Assembly (NCBI GenBank): GCA_044464175.1
Contig: JBIQLO010000001.1
Span: 1-62,412 of the forward strand
DNA: 62,412 bases
Reading direction: 5' to 3'
Source: Planctomycetaceae bacterium
Lineage (GTDB): Bacteria > Planctomycetota > Phycisphaerae > Tepidisphaerales > Tepidisphaeraceae
Both the position numbers and the translations under genes were made by a program. The first letter of the stretch is position 1, and every line of letters begins with the position of its first letter. The notes beneath the pieces were generated by a model. The model did not search any database, was not told the DNA's origin, and saw only the letters and a program-made list of their open reading frames with translations. Of this stretch, positions 34,985 to 42,801 are shown piece by piece.

Positions 34985-36631
34985 TCACCGATGCAGCCAC
35001 CGCTGCACCAGGTTGGCCGCCGCGTCCGGATTGTCCTTCACCATCGTCTCCACTTGGGTCAGCATCTGCTGCGCCCGCACGGCATCCTCATCCAGTTCCA
35101 TTCCGTCCAGCATTCCCTCCCCGCCGCCAACCTCGGCCGCCAGTTCCTCCCCGCCGATCAGCGGCGGGGGCTCCTTCGGCTCGCTGGTCCGGATCGCGGC
35201 CACCACCGGCTGCGGCCCGCTCTTGCGCACCATCATCATCACCATCAGCAGGCTGAAGACCGCCAGCACCCCCACCGCGATCTCCTTCAGGTGCGATGAA
35301 AAAGCCATCGTCAGCGGCGCGGAGGCGGCCGACGCCACGGCCGCCGGCATGCGCGGGGCCAGGTCCGGATAGGTCTCCACCGTCACGGCGTTGGGGTCCT
35401 TCAGCGCGGTGCATCCCATCACCACCTGGCGGATGTTGGACAGTTCCGCATCGATGATCGGCTTGAGCACCGCCTCATCCGGGTCGTTCTGCGCGTTGGG
35501 ATTGCGGCTCTTGAACAGCTTGATGAAGAAGCTGCGCGGCACGCGCACGGCCGCCGCCACCGGCGTGGCCGTCCCGGCCGGCATCTTGCTGGTGGTGACG
35601 GTCTTGCTTACCTCCACCATGTACTTGGTCTGGTTCTTCTCGCTGGTGGTGCTGGAGGTGTCCCCCGCCGGCGCCGAGCCGTCGATGGACATGCCCGTGT
35701 TGGTGGCGACCCCCGGCTCCCCGCCGGCCGGGGAGGTGGAATGGGATTCATCCGTGCTGTTGGTCTCCTCGATCGGCTTGGAGACCACCTTCTTGGGGTC
35801 CACCTCCGTCGCCTGCTGCTGGCGGGAGACCGTGTCCAGGTCCACCGTCACGCTGACCAGCGCGCCGGGGATGAACGAAAGCATCCCCTGGATTTTGTCC
35901 ACATACCGCCGCTCGTTGGCCTGCACCAGTTGGAGGATGTCGTCGGGAATGAATCCATCCTCATCCTTGGCGGCCACCGGGTAGGACACCCCGTCCACGA
36001 TGACGGCCACGCGATTGCGCGGCATCCCCGCCTGCGAGCCGGTCACCACGTCGGCGGCCGCGTAGACGAGCTTTTTGTTCGGCTTCTGCCCGTCGCGCAT
36101 GGTGATGTAGACCGTCGCCGAGGGGAGCACGTTGCCCCCGATGACGCGCTGCTGGGTGGGGTCGATCACCACCTGGGCCGACTGGACGTTGGGAAAGCGC
36201 GAGATGATCTGGCTGAGGGTGATCTCCTTGGCCCGGTTGAACCGCTCCTTTTCCATGGTGGGCGATTCCCAGAGGCTCATCTGCTTGATCATCTCATCAA
36301 AGCCGCTGGTGGTGTCACGCGGGAGCATGCGCTGGTAGCCCAGGTCCGCCAGCACCTCCATTTTCCGGTCGGTGGGCACCAGCACCCGGTCCCCCGAAAC
36401 CTTGTATTCAATGCCGCGCGAGGCGATGGCGGCGGTGACGCGCGCGATGTCATCGGCCGCGAACGGCTGGTCCAGCAAGGGGGTCAGTTCCGGATTGCCC
36501 GCGTATTTCCCCCAGTAGAGCAGCGTCATGATCATGATCGCCACCAGCGCGCCGGTGAGCATCTTCTGCGTGGCGCTCAGCTGGGCCAGTTGCTGCTGGA
36601 TACGATCAAACTGCGATTTGAGAAAGTCCAT
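34985..36631 (-). CDS. fliF: Flagellar M-ring protein FliF
   Basis: 548 aa. An N-terminal TM helix, YscJ/FliF ring-building domains and a C-terminal TM helix plus a FliG-binding tail. Confidence 0.9.
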   Translation of the reverse strand: MDFLKSQFDRIQQQLAQLSATQKMLTGALVAIMIMTLLYWGKYAGNPELTPLLDQPFAADDIARVTAAIASRGIEYKVSGDRVLVPTDRKMEVLADLGYQRMLPRDTTSGFDEMIKQMSLWESPTMEKERFNRAKEITLSQIISRFPNVQSAQVVIDPTQQRVIGGNVLPSATVYITMRDGQKPNKKLVYAAADVVTGSQAGMPRNRVAVIVDGVSYPVAAKDEDGFIPDDILQLVQANERRYVDKIQGMLSFIPGALVSVTVDLDTVSRQQQATEVDPKKVVSKPIEETNSTDESHSTSPAGGEPGVATNTGMSIDGSAPAGDTSSTTSEKNQTKYMVEVSKTVTTSKMPAGTATPVAAAVRVPRSFFIKLFKSRNPNAQNDPDEAVLKPIIDAELSNIRQVVMGCTALKDPNAVTVETYPDLAPRMPAAVASAASAPLTMAFSSHLKEIAVGVLAVFSLLMVMMMVRKSGPQPVVAAIRTSEPKEPPPLIGGEELAAEVGGGEGMLDGMELDEDAVRAQQMLTQVETMVKDNPDAAANLVQRWLHR

Positions 36632-36740
36632 GGCTCAAAGCCTTCCTTGGCTTGACCACAATCGTTCAGGCGCGAAGACGGCTCCTCCTGAGCCATCACA
36701 AAATCAGAGTAAATCACGAATCGGGAAAATGCAAATGGAA

Positions 36741-36808
36741 ATCGTTGTCCGTGGTCCGTTGTCCGAGCAGAAACCACGGACCACGGACAACGGACAACGG
36801 ACAACGAT
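36741..36808. repeat. CGTTGTC/GTCCGTG-family hairpin in the fliE/fliF spacer
   Basis: ATCGTTGTCCGTGGTCCGTTGTCCG is opposed by CGGACCACGGACAACGGACAACGGACAACGAT. The register can slip by whole heptamers. Confidence 0.85.
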
Positions 36809-37113
36809 CAAATCGGCATATTCTTAATCTCCTCGTACGCATCCATCAGCTTGGAGCGGATCGCCAGGAGGGTCTTGAAGGCCAGGTCCGACTTCTCCAC
36901 CGCCGTCATCACCCCGGTCACGTTCTCCGTCTTGCCCGCCACCAGGTCCTCCACGGCCGCCGAGGCATCCTGCTGCATCTTCGACACCTCGTCGATGCTC
37001 TTTTTCAGCGCATCGGCAAAGCTCGCCCCCCCGCCGCCGGCCGCCCCCCCCGCCGCCGGCATCGACCCGCCGATCTTCCCGATCCCGAGATTGTTGGTGG
37101 AAATTGGATTCAT
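36808..37113 (-). CDS. fliE: Flagellar hook-basal body complex protein FliE
   Basis: 101 aa from the ATG at 37113. The FADALKKSIDEVSKMQQDA...AVEKSDLAFKTLLAIRSKLMDAYEEI sequence is typical of FliE. Confidence 0.85.
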   Translation of the reverse strand: MNPISTNNLGIGKIGGSMPAAGGAAGGGGASFADALKKSIDEVSKMQQDASAAVEDLVAGKTENVTGVMTAVEKSDLAFKTLLAIRSKLMDAYEEIKNMPI

Positions 37114-37115
37114 GT

Positions 37116-37190
37116 TCGTTGTCCGGGGTCCATCGGCCGTGGTCCATGATGATCCCTCTGGGACCATGGACAACGGATCACGGACCACGA
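37116..37190. repeat. Degenerate GTCCGTG-family hairpin in the flgC/fliE spacer
   Basis: TCGTTGTCCGGGGTCCATCGGCCGTGGTCC versus GGACCATGGACAACGGATCACGGACCACGA. About 22 of 30 positions are complementary. Confidence 0.65.
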
Positions 37191-37192
37191 TT

Positions 37193-37588
37193 TCATGCGA
37201 TCAACCTCAGCGCCGAGTTCAGCATCGCCTTGCTCGTCTCCATCATCGTCACATTCGCCTCATACGCCCGGGACGCCTCCATGGCGTTGACATATTCGGT
37301 CGGCAGATTGATGTTGGGATAGCGCACATATCCGTTCTTGTCCGCATCCGGATTCCCCGGCTCATACCGTTTCTGGAAAGGCGAATGGTCGATCTTCACC
37401 TCGGCCCGCACGCCCGCCTTGCCGTTGGCCTGCCCCGCCGCAAAAACCGTGAACCGGCGCCGATAGGGGATTTTTTCCCCTTTGGCGTTCCGCGTCGTGT
37501 TCAGGTTCATGATATTGGCCGCGATCGTGTCCATCCGCGCCCGCTGGGCCTCCAGCCCGCTGGCGCCCATATCCAGTATGTCAAACAT
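37193..37588 (-). CDS. flgC: Flagellar basal-body rod protein FlgC
   Basis: MFDILDMGASGLEAQRARMDTIAANIMNLNTTR and a C-terminal SNVTMMETSKAMLNSALRL-type rod motif. ATG at 37588. Confidence 0.9.
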   Translation of the reverse strand: MFDILDMGASGLEAQRARMDTIAANIMNLNTTRNAKGEKIPYRRRFTVFAAGQANGKAGVRAEVKIDHSPFQKRYEPGNPDADKNGYVRYPNINLPTEYVNAMEASRAYEANVTMMETSKAMLNSALRLIA

Positions 37589-37608
37589 CAGACCTCCATG
37601 TCTTTCAT

Positions 37609-37670
37609 CGTAGTCCGTGGTCCGTGGTCCGATTCCCCTTCGGATCACGGACCACGGACTACGGACCACG
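37609..37670. repeat. GTCCGTG-heptamer hairpin in the flgB/flgC spacer
   Basis: CGTAGTCCGTGGTCCGTG pairs perfectly (18 bp) with CACGGACCACGGACTACG. There is also an inner TCCGA/TCGGA stem. Confidence 0.9.
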
Positions 37671-37673
37671 GGT

Positions 37674-38075
37674 TTACCCCACCCGCTCCTTCAACGCCAT
37701 CTCCATCGTCTGAAACTGCTTGCGCAGCAACTCCACCGCCACGTTGTGCATCAGGGCGTTTTTCGCCTGGCTCGTCATGAGCTGCTCAATGGAGCGGTTG
37801 TTCCCATCGTGGAACAGAATCCCCCGCTGGGGATGCTCCACCGCCTGGCGCAGTCCGGAAAAATTCCCCACCGCCGGGCCCCCGGACCGCCGCGCCTCCA
37901 GCTCCTCGCGCATCATCGCCTGGAACTCGTCCAGCGACAGGTCCTTCTGCCGGTATCCCGGCGTGTCCACGTTGACGATGTTCTCCGCCAGCAGCCGCTG
38001 CCGCGCGGAAGTGAATTGCAGCGTCGCCTCCAGCGCCGGCGCTGATCCCGAATTGAGCAACCGATCGATGAACAT
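37674..38075 (-). CDS. flgB: Flagellar basal-body rod protein FlgB
   Basis: 133 aa. LLAENIVNVDTPGYRQKD rod N-terminal motif. First gene of the operon. Confidence 0.85.
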   Translation of the reverse strand: MFIDRLLNSGSAPALEATLQFTSARQRLLAENIVNVDTPGYRQKDLSLDEFQAMMREELEARRSGGPAVGNFSGLRQAVEHPQRGILFHDGNNRSIEQLMTSQAKNALMHNVAVELLRKQFQTMEMALKERVG

Positions 38076-38310
38076 TCAATTCCTCCGAGAATCAAATTCC
38101 ATGCCAGTCTCATCTTCTTCCATTTTCCCACGAACGCAATCCCTCCCCCGCCGCCCCCGGCGCAATCCCTGCGCCCCGCCGCGCATTTTTTGCCCGCCGC
38201 CGGCCCAACCCCCTGAACCCTGCCCCGGCCCCGGGGAACTAGGATAAATCCGCCCCGTGCTTTATAAATAGCCCGGACAACCACTGTTTTAGAAACCGAG
38301 GCATCGTGCA

Positions 38311-40353
38311 ATGGCGTTGATTACCCTTCCCGACAACAGCACCAAGGAAATTCCCGACGGTTCCACCGTCGCCGATCTGGCCCAGTCCATCGGCAAGCGG
38401 CTGGCCCAGGCGGCCATCGTCGGCAAACTCGACGACCGCCTGGTCGATCTGGCCCACCCCCTCACCGGCGCTCACCGCCTGGCCATCATCACCGACCGGG
38501 ACCCCGAAGGCCTCTATGTCCTGCGCCACAGCACCGCCCACGTCCTGGCCCAGGCGCTGCGCCATCTCTTCGGCGCCAAGCTCCAGTACACCATCGGCCC
38601 GGTCATCGAAAACGGTTTTTTCTACGATTTCGAGTTCCCCGAAGGCGCCAACTTCTCCGCCGAGGACTTGCCCAGGGTGGAGGCCGAGATGCGCAAGATC
38701 ATCGAGGCCGACGAATCCTTCAGCCGCCAGGAGGTCCCTCCGCCCCAGGCGAAGGAAATCCTCCACCAGCAGAGCCAGCGCTTTAAGGATGAGATCATCG
38801 ACGAACTGGCCGCCGCCGGGGAAAAAACCGTCTCCATCTACCGCCAGGGCGATTTCACTGACCTGTGCCGCGGCCCCCACATCCCCGCCACCGGCCGAAT
38901 CAAGGCCTTCAAGCTCCTCTCCGTCGCCGGCGCGTATTGGCGCGGCGACAGCAACCGCCAGCAACTCACCCGCATCTACGGAACCGCCTTCTTCAGCCAG
39001 AAGGAACTGGACCAGCACCTGGCCATGCTCGAAGAGGCGAAGAAGCGCGACCACCGCATCCTCGGACCGCAACTGGGCCTGTTCACCATCGATGAAACCG
39101 TCGGCCAGGGACTGGTCCTCTGGAAGCCCAAAGGCGCCACCGTGCGCGACGAGCTGCAGAAATTCATCATGGAACACCTGCGCCAGCAGGGCTACAGCCA
39201 GGTCTTCACCCCCCACATTGGCCGCCTGGATCTCTACCGCACCAGCGGCCACTATCCCTACTACAGCCAAAGCCAGTTCCCCCCCCTCACCGACCGCGAA
39301 CAGATCGACAAGCTTGCCAAGGAAAACGTCAGTTGCGCCGAACTGGCGTCCCGCATGGAAAAGGGCGAAATCGACGGCTATCTCCTCAAGCCGATGAATT
39401 GCCCCATGCACATCAAAATTTACGAATCCGAGCCGCGCAGCTACCGCGACCTGCCCATCCGCCTGGCCGAGTTCGGAACCGTCTATCGCTGGGAAAAAAG
39501 CGGCGAGTTGGGCGGCCTCACCCGCGTCCGCGGCTTTACCCAGGACGACGCCCACCTCTTTTGCACCGAGGAGCAACTTCCCGCCGAACTGCTCGGCTGC
39601 CTTGAACTGGTCAAGATCGTCTTTTCCACCCTCGCCATGCACGACTACCGCGTCCGAGTCGGCCTGCGCGATCCGGACAGCGCCAAGTATGTCGGCTCCG
39701 CCGAGCAGTGGGACGCCGCCGAAGCCGCCTGCCGCCACGCCGCCGAATCGCTGGGTGTCCCCTTCGTCGCCGAACCCGGCGAGGCCGCCTTCTATGGCCC
39801 CAAAATCGACTTCGTGGTCAAAGACGTCATCGGCCGCGAGTGGCAATTGGGCACCGTCCAGGTCGATTATCAGCTTCCCCGCCGCTTCGAGCTCTCCTAC
39901 ACCGGCGCTGACAACCGCCCCCACTACCCCGTCATGATCCACCGCGCCCCCTTTGGCTCGATGGAACGCTTCATCGGCGTCCTGATCGAGCATTTCAACG
40001 GCGCATTCCCCTTGTGGCTCGCCCCCGTGCAGGCGGCCATCCTGAGCGTCAGCGAGAAATCCAACGACTACGCCCGCGCCGTCGCCGCCGAACTGGCCAC
40101 CGCCGGCCTGCGCGTCCAAAGCCAACTCGGCCCGGAAAAGATCGGCGCTAAAATCCGCGACGCCTCCCTCCAGAAAATTCCCTATATGCTCATCCTCGGC
40201 GAAAAGGAACAGCAGGCCAACCTCGTCGCCGTCCGCCACCGCACCGACGGCGACAAAGGCCAGATGCCGGTTGAAGAATTCATCCAGCGATGCCTCCAGG
40301 AAATCGCCACCCGCGGCGCCGCTCACGCCACGGCCGACAAACACGCAAAATAA
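38311..40353 (+). CDS. thrS: Threonine--tRNA ligase
   Basis: TGS domain at the N-terminus, an editing domain, a class II core (HRAPFGSMERFIGVLIEH) and an anticodon-binding domain. Confidence 0.95.
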   Translation: MALITLPDNSTKEIPDGSTVADLAQSIGKRLAQAAIVGKLDDRLVDLAHPLTGAHRLAIITDRDPEGLYVLRHSTAHVLAQALRHLFGAKLQYTIGPVIENGFFYDFEFPEGANFSAEDLPRVEAEMRKIIEADESFSRQEVPPPQAKEILHQQSQRFKDEIIDELAAAGEKTVSIYRQGDFTDLCRGPHIPATGRIKAFKLLSVAGAYWRGDSNRQQLTRIYGTAFFSQKELDQHLAMLEEAKKRDHRILGPQLGLFTIDETVGQGLVLWKPKGATVRDELQKFIMEHLRQQGYSQVFTPHIGRLDLYRTSGHYPYYSQSQFPPLTDREQIDKLAKENVSCAELASRMEKGEIDGYLLKPMNCPMHIKIYESEPRSYRDLPIRLAEFGTVYRWEKSGELGGLTRVRGFTQDDAHLFCTEEQLPAELLGCLELVKIVFSTLAMHDYRVRVGLRDPDSAKYVGSAEQWDAAEAACRHAAESLGVPFVAEPGEAAFYGPKIDFVVKDVIGREWQLGTVQVDYQLPRRFELSYTGADNRPHYPVMIHRAPFGSMERFIGVLIEHFNGAFPLWLAPVQAAILSVSEKSNDYARAVAAELATAGLRVQSQLGPEKIGAKIRDASLQKIPYMLILGEKEQQANLVAVRHRTDGDKGQMPVEEFIQRCLQEIATRGAAHATADKHAK

Positions 40354-40465
40354 AAAAAACCGTCAGTAAACTTCCCCTCCTGCCGGATGCCACAACCTCA
40401 GCGTCCTCGCTGCCTCGTACCCAAGAGGGCTGCCTAAGCGAACTGTAGGCGGGGTCGCTGACCCC

Positions 40466-40501
40466 GCGCGCTGCGCCCTTTGTCGCCAAAACGCGCAGCG
40501 C
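40466..40501. repeat. Copy 1 of a ~36-nt hairpin repeat (GCGCTGCGC...GCGCAGCGC)
   Basis: GCGCGCTGCGCCCTTTGTCGCCAAAACGCGCAGCGC. 9-bp stem. Near-identical copy at 40574-40610. Confidence 0.75.
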
Positions 40502-40573
40502 AAAAAGAGGCGAAAAACTTCGTGAAAAAAAGAATTATCGCCCCTCCCGCCCTGAAAACCGCGATTTGACAAA

Positions 40574-40610
40574 TCGCGCTGCGCGCTTTGTCGCCAAATA
40601 GCGCAGCGCC
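40574..40610. repeat. Copy 2 of the ~36-nt hairpin repeat
   Basis: TCGCGCTGCGCGCTTTGTCGCCAAATAGCGCAGCGCC. Confidence 0.75.
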
Positions 40611-40852
40611 CCCCGTAAAGGTAGAGGAGCTAAACCGATGAACCCGACCCGATTCTGCCCACCGCCTACTCCCTTCGTCGCTTCGTCGCTTCGCCGCGCC
40701 CGCCAACCAACGAACCCAAACAAACCAAACCCAAATCCCCCCTGCCGCTACAAAACCAAGGATTTTCCCCCCGAACCCAACATGCCGTATTTCCCAACGA
40801 ACCCAACCCATCCAACTCCCGAATCCCGGAACCCGGCCCAAAAAAATTTTCC

Positions 40853-40881
40853 TTGACACCCTGGTAAACATTGTCTAGTTT
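40853..40881 (+). promoter_or_regulatory. Candidate promoter TTGACA-N17-TAGTTT for the second LacI/DUF1559/DUF4838 operon
   Basis: TTGACA at 40853-40858 and TAGTTT at 40876-40881. Same architecture as the sites at 9385 and 22573. Confidence 0.3.
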
Positions 40882-40925
40882 TTGATTATCACTTGAATCC
40901 CCCATCCCTTTCACTCGGGACGGCC

Positions 40926-41993
40926 ATGAGCGCAAGTCTGAGACATATAGCCAGGGAAGCCGGCGTCTCCCCCGCCGTCGTTTCGCGCCTCTTTCGCGGC
41001 GATCCGAACCTGCGCATCAGCGACCAGCGCCGGGCCGCCGTCTTCCAGGCCCGCGACCGCCTCGGCGGCGTCAAGGTCCGCCCCAGCCGCCTCAGCCATG
41101 TCATCGTCGCCCCCATCGGTGTCGCCCGCCCCCAGGCCTACATCAACCGCAATATCCTGGAAGACCGCACCTACAGCACCTGCCAGCAGGAACTGAAAAA
41201 GCGCGGCTACGACCTCCGCTTCGAGCACCTGCCCGAAGCCGACGTCTGCAACCATCTCAAGCAATGGATCGCCGCCCCCCGCGCCCCCGACGGGATGCTG
41301 ATCCTCTGGAACTACTGCACGCCCGACCTGGCCGAGATGCTGCGGACCTACGCCTTCCCCCACGTCTCCAACGACTTCACACGCGAACACCTGGGCATCA
41401 ACACGGTCTGCCAGCACGCCACCGCCGGCATGCGCCAAGCCGTCGAGCACCTGGTCGAGCTAGGTCACCGCCGCATCGCCTTCATGGGCCAGCGCCACTT
41501 TTTCCGCTACCCGATGATGGTCAGCACCATGGCCGCCCTGGACCTGCCGCTGAACCCCGCCGACCACTGCTGGCTGGAGCCGGTCCAGTATCCCGAAAAC
41601 ATCGATCAGCTCCGCGACCATGCCCGTGCTGCCTTCGATGCCTGGTTCGATGCCCATCCCGGCGTGACGGCGCTGGTCTGCTCGCGCGACCACGCCGCCC
41701 TGGGCGTGGTCGATGCGATGCGCCGACGCGGCCTGGTCCCCGGGCGCGACCTGTCGGTCATCGGCTACGACAACATCGAGGTCCACAACCCCCGCCCCGG
41801 GGAGAAGCCGGTCCTGACAACTATTGATCTTCCCTTCGAGCGGATCGGCCGGCGCATGGCCGAGCTGCTCTTGAATCAGATTCTGCACGGCCAGACCCAG
41901 ATCATTCACGAGCGTGTGCCCGTGTCGCTGGTGGTGCGGGAAACGACCGGGCCGTGCCCCAAGCGTCCCGGTCTAAAAGGAGGTTCGCCATGA
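40926..41993 (+). CDS. LacI-family transcriptional regulator (paralog 2)
   Basis: [22 protein letters not shown] plus a sugar-binding core. ATG at 40926 (the track start at 40893 is TTG). Stop overlaps the next start (ATGA at 41990-41993). Confidence 0.85.
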   Translation: MSASLRHIAREAGVSPAVVSRLFRGDPNLRISDQRRAAVFQARDRLGGVKVRPSRLSHVIVAPIGVARPQAYINRNILEDRTYSTCQQELKKRGYDLRFEHLPEADVCNHLKQWIAAPRAPDGMLILWNYCTPDLAEMLRTYAFPHVSNDFTREHLGINTVCQHATAGMRQAVEHLVELGHRRIAFMGQRHFFRYPMMVSTMAALDLPLNPADHCWLEPVQYPENIDQLRDHARAAFDAWFDAHPGVTALVCSRDHAALGVVDAMRRRGLVPGRDLSVIGYDNIEVHNPRPGEKPVLTTIDLPFERIGRRMAELLLNQILHGQTQIIHERVPVSLVVRETTGPCPKRPGLKGGSP

Positions 41994-42742
41994 AGCCGTC
42001 CCATCCTCTTCGCAACGGATTCACACTGGTGGAACTGCTGGTGGTCATTGGGATCATCAGCATCCTGATCGCAATGCTCCTGCCGGCCCTGAACAAGGCA
42101 CGCCGGGCGGCCAAGCAGATTTCCTGCGCCTCCAACCTCCGCCAGATCGGAAGCCTCATCGCCATGTACGAGTCGGACAACAAGGGATATCTCCCCTTCT
42201 CCTATCAGGTGGGCGGGGGCAATTTCGGCGGCTACGCCACGCAACTGGGTCCCGCCTGGGAAATCTGCCTGGCGCCTTACATCGGCTACGAGATCCGGGA
42301 CTTTTATGAATTCGCCAGTACCATCTATGTGGAAAGGACGATCTTCTTCTGTCCCGCCGCCGATCCCCTGGCCCACTACCCCTACAACAACAATTTCAGC
42401 TACGCCCCGAATTTGAGGACCGCCAGCAGCGCCCCCTCGGCCGGCGACGGCCGGCTGCTGCGCGGCAAGATCAATCAGGTGATCAACCCGATGGACAAAG
42501 TCTGTCTGGCCGACGCCACACTGGGCACCTTCGTCATCAACGACGGGCAGATTCGCCCCGGCGGCAACAGCGAAGCCGGATTTCTGCGTCACGGCTCCGG
42601 CTCCGAGCGAAGCAACCTGGGCGGCAACGTCCTCTTTTTCGACGGCCATGCACGGTACATGCCTTATACGGAGGCCGAGCGGCCAGCAGGCTCCTCCTCG
42701 CCATTGGTAATGTTCCTGCCATGGCGTGAGGTGTCGTGGTAA
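41990..42742 (+). CDS. DUF1559-type protein with a prepilin N-terminal cleavage/methylation domain (paralog 2)
   Basis: [41 protein letters not shown] and a C-terminal [11 protein letters not shown] motif. AAAGGAGG RBS at 41975-41982. Confidence 0.85.
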   Translation: MKPSHPLRNGFTLVELLVVIGIISILIAMLLPALNKARRAAKQISCASNLRQIGSLIAMYESDNKGYLPFSYQVGGGNFGGYATQLGPAWEICLAPYIGYEIRDFYEFASTIYVERTIFFCPAADPLAHYPYNNNFSYAPNLRTASSAPSAGDGRLLRGKINQVINPMDKVCLADATLGTFVINDGQIRPGGNSEAGFLRHGSGSERSNLGGNVLFFDGHARYMPYTEAERPAGSSSPLVMFLPWREVSW

Positions 42743-42801
42743 TGCCCCGGTCGGCCATTGAGCGGCGACGGAGCGAATGAAACCAGCACTGGAGATGATG
42801 G

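Noticed and set aside
29626-37670. Possibility that the short repeats form a CRISPR array.
   Set aside because: The copies are inverted rather than direct and sit singly between genes many kb apart. They have short loops rather than unique 30-40 nt spacers. No cas genes are present.
38093-38106. Sigma-54-like motif TGGCAT-N5-TTGA (minus strand) upstream of flgB.
   Set aside because: The conserved GC of the -12 element is GA here. The predicted start (~38081) would fall inside or after the GGAGG ribosome-binding site, only ~6 nt from the ATG at 38075. This is not convincing without mapping data.
40434-40871. 145-aa minus-strand ORF and other small ORFs in the thrS-LacI intergenic tract.
   Set aside because: The translation is built from the duplicated hairpin repeat and low-complexity C/A tracts. 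There is no ribosome-binding site and no recognizable fold features.
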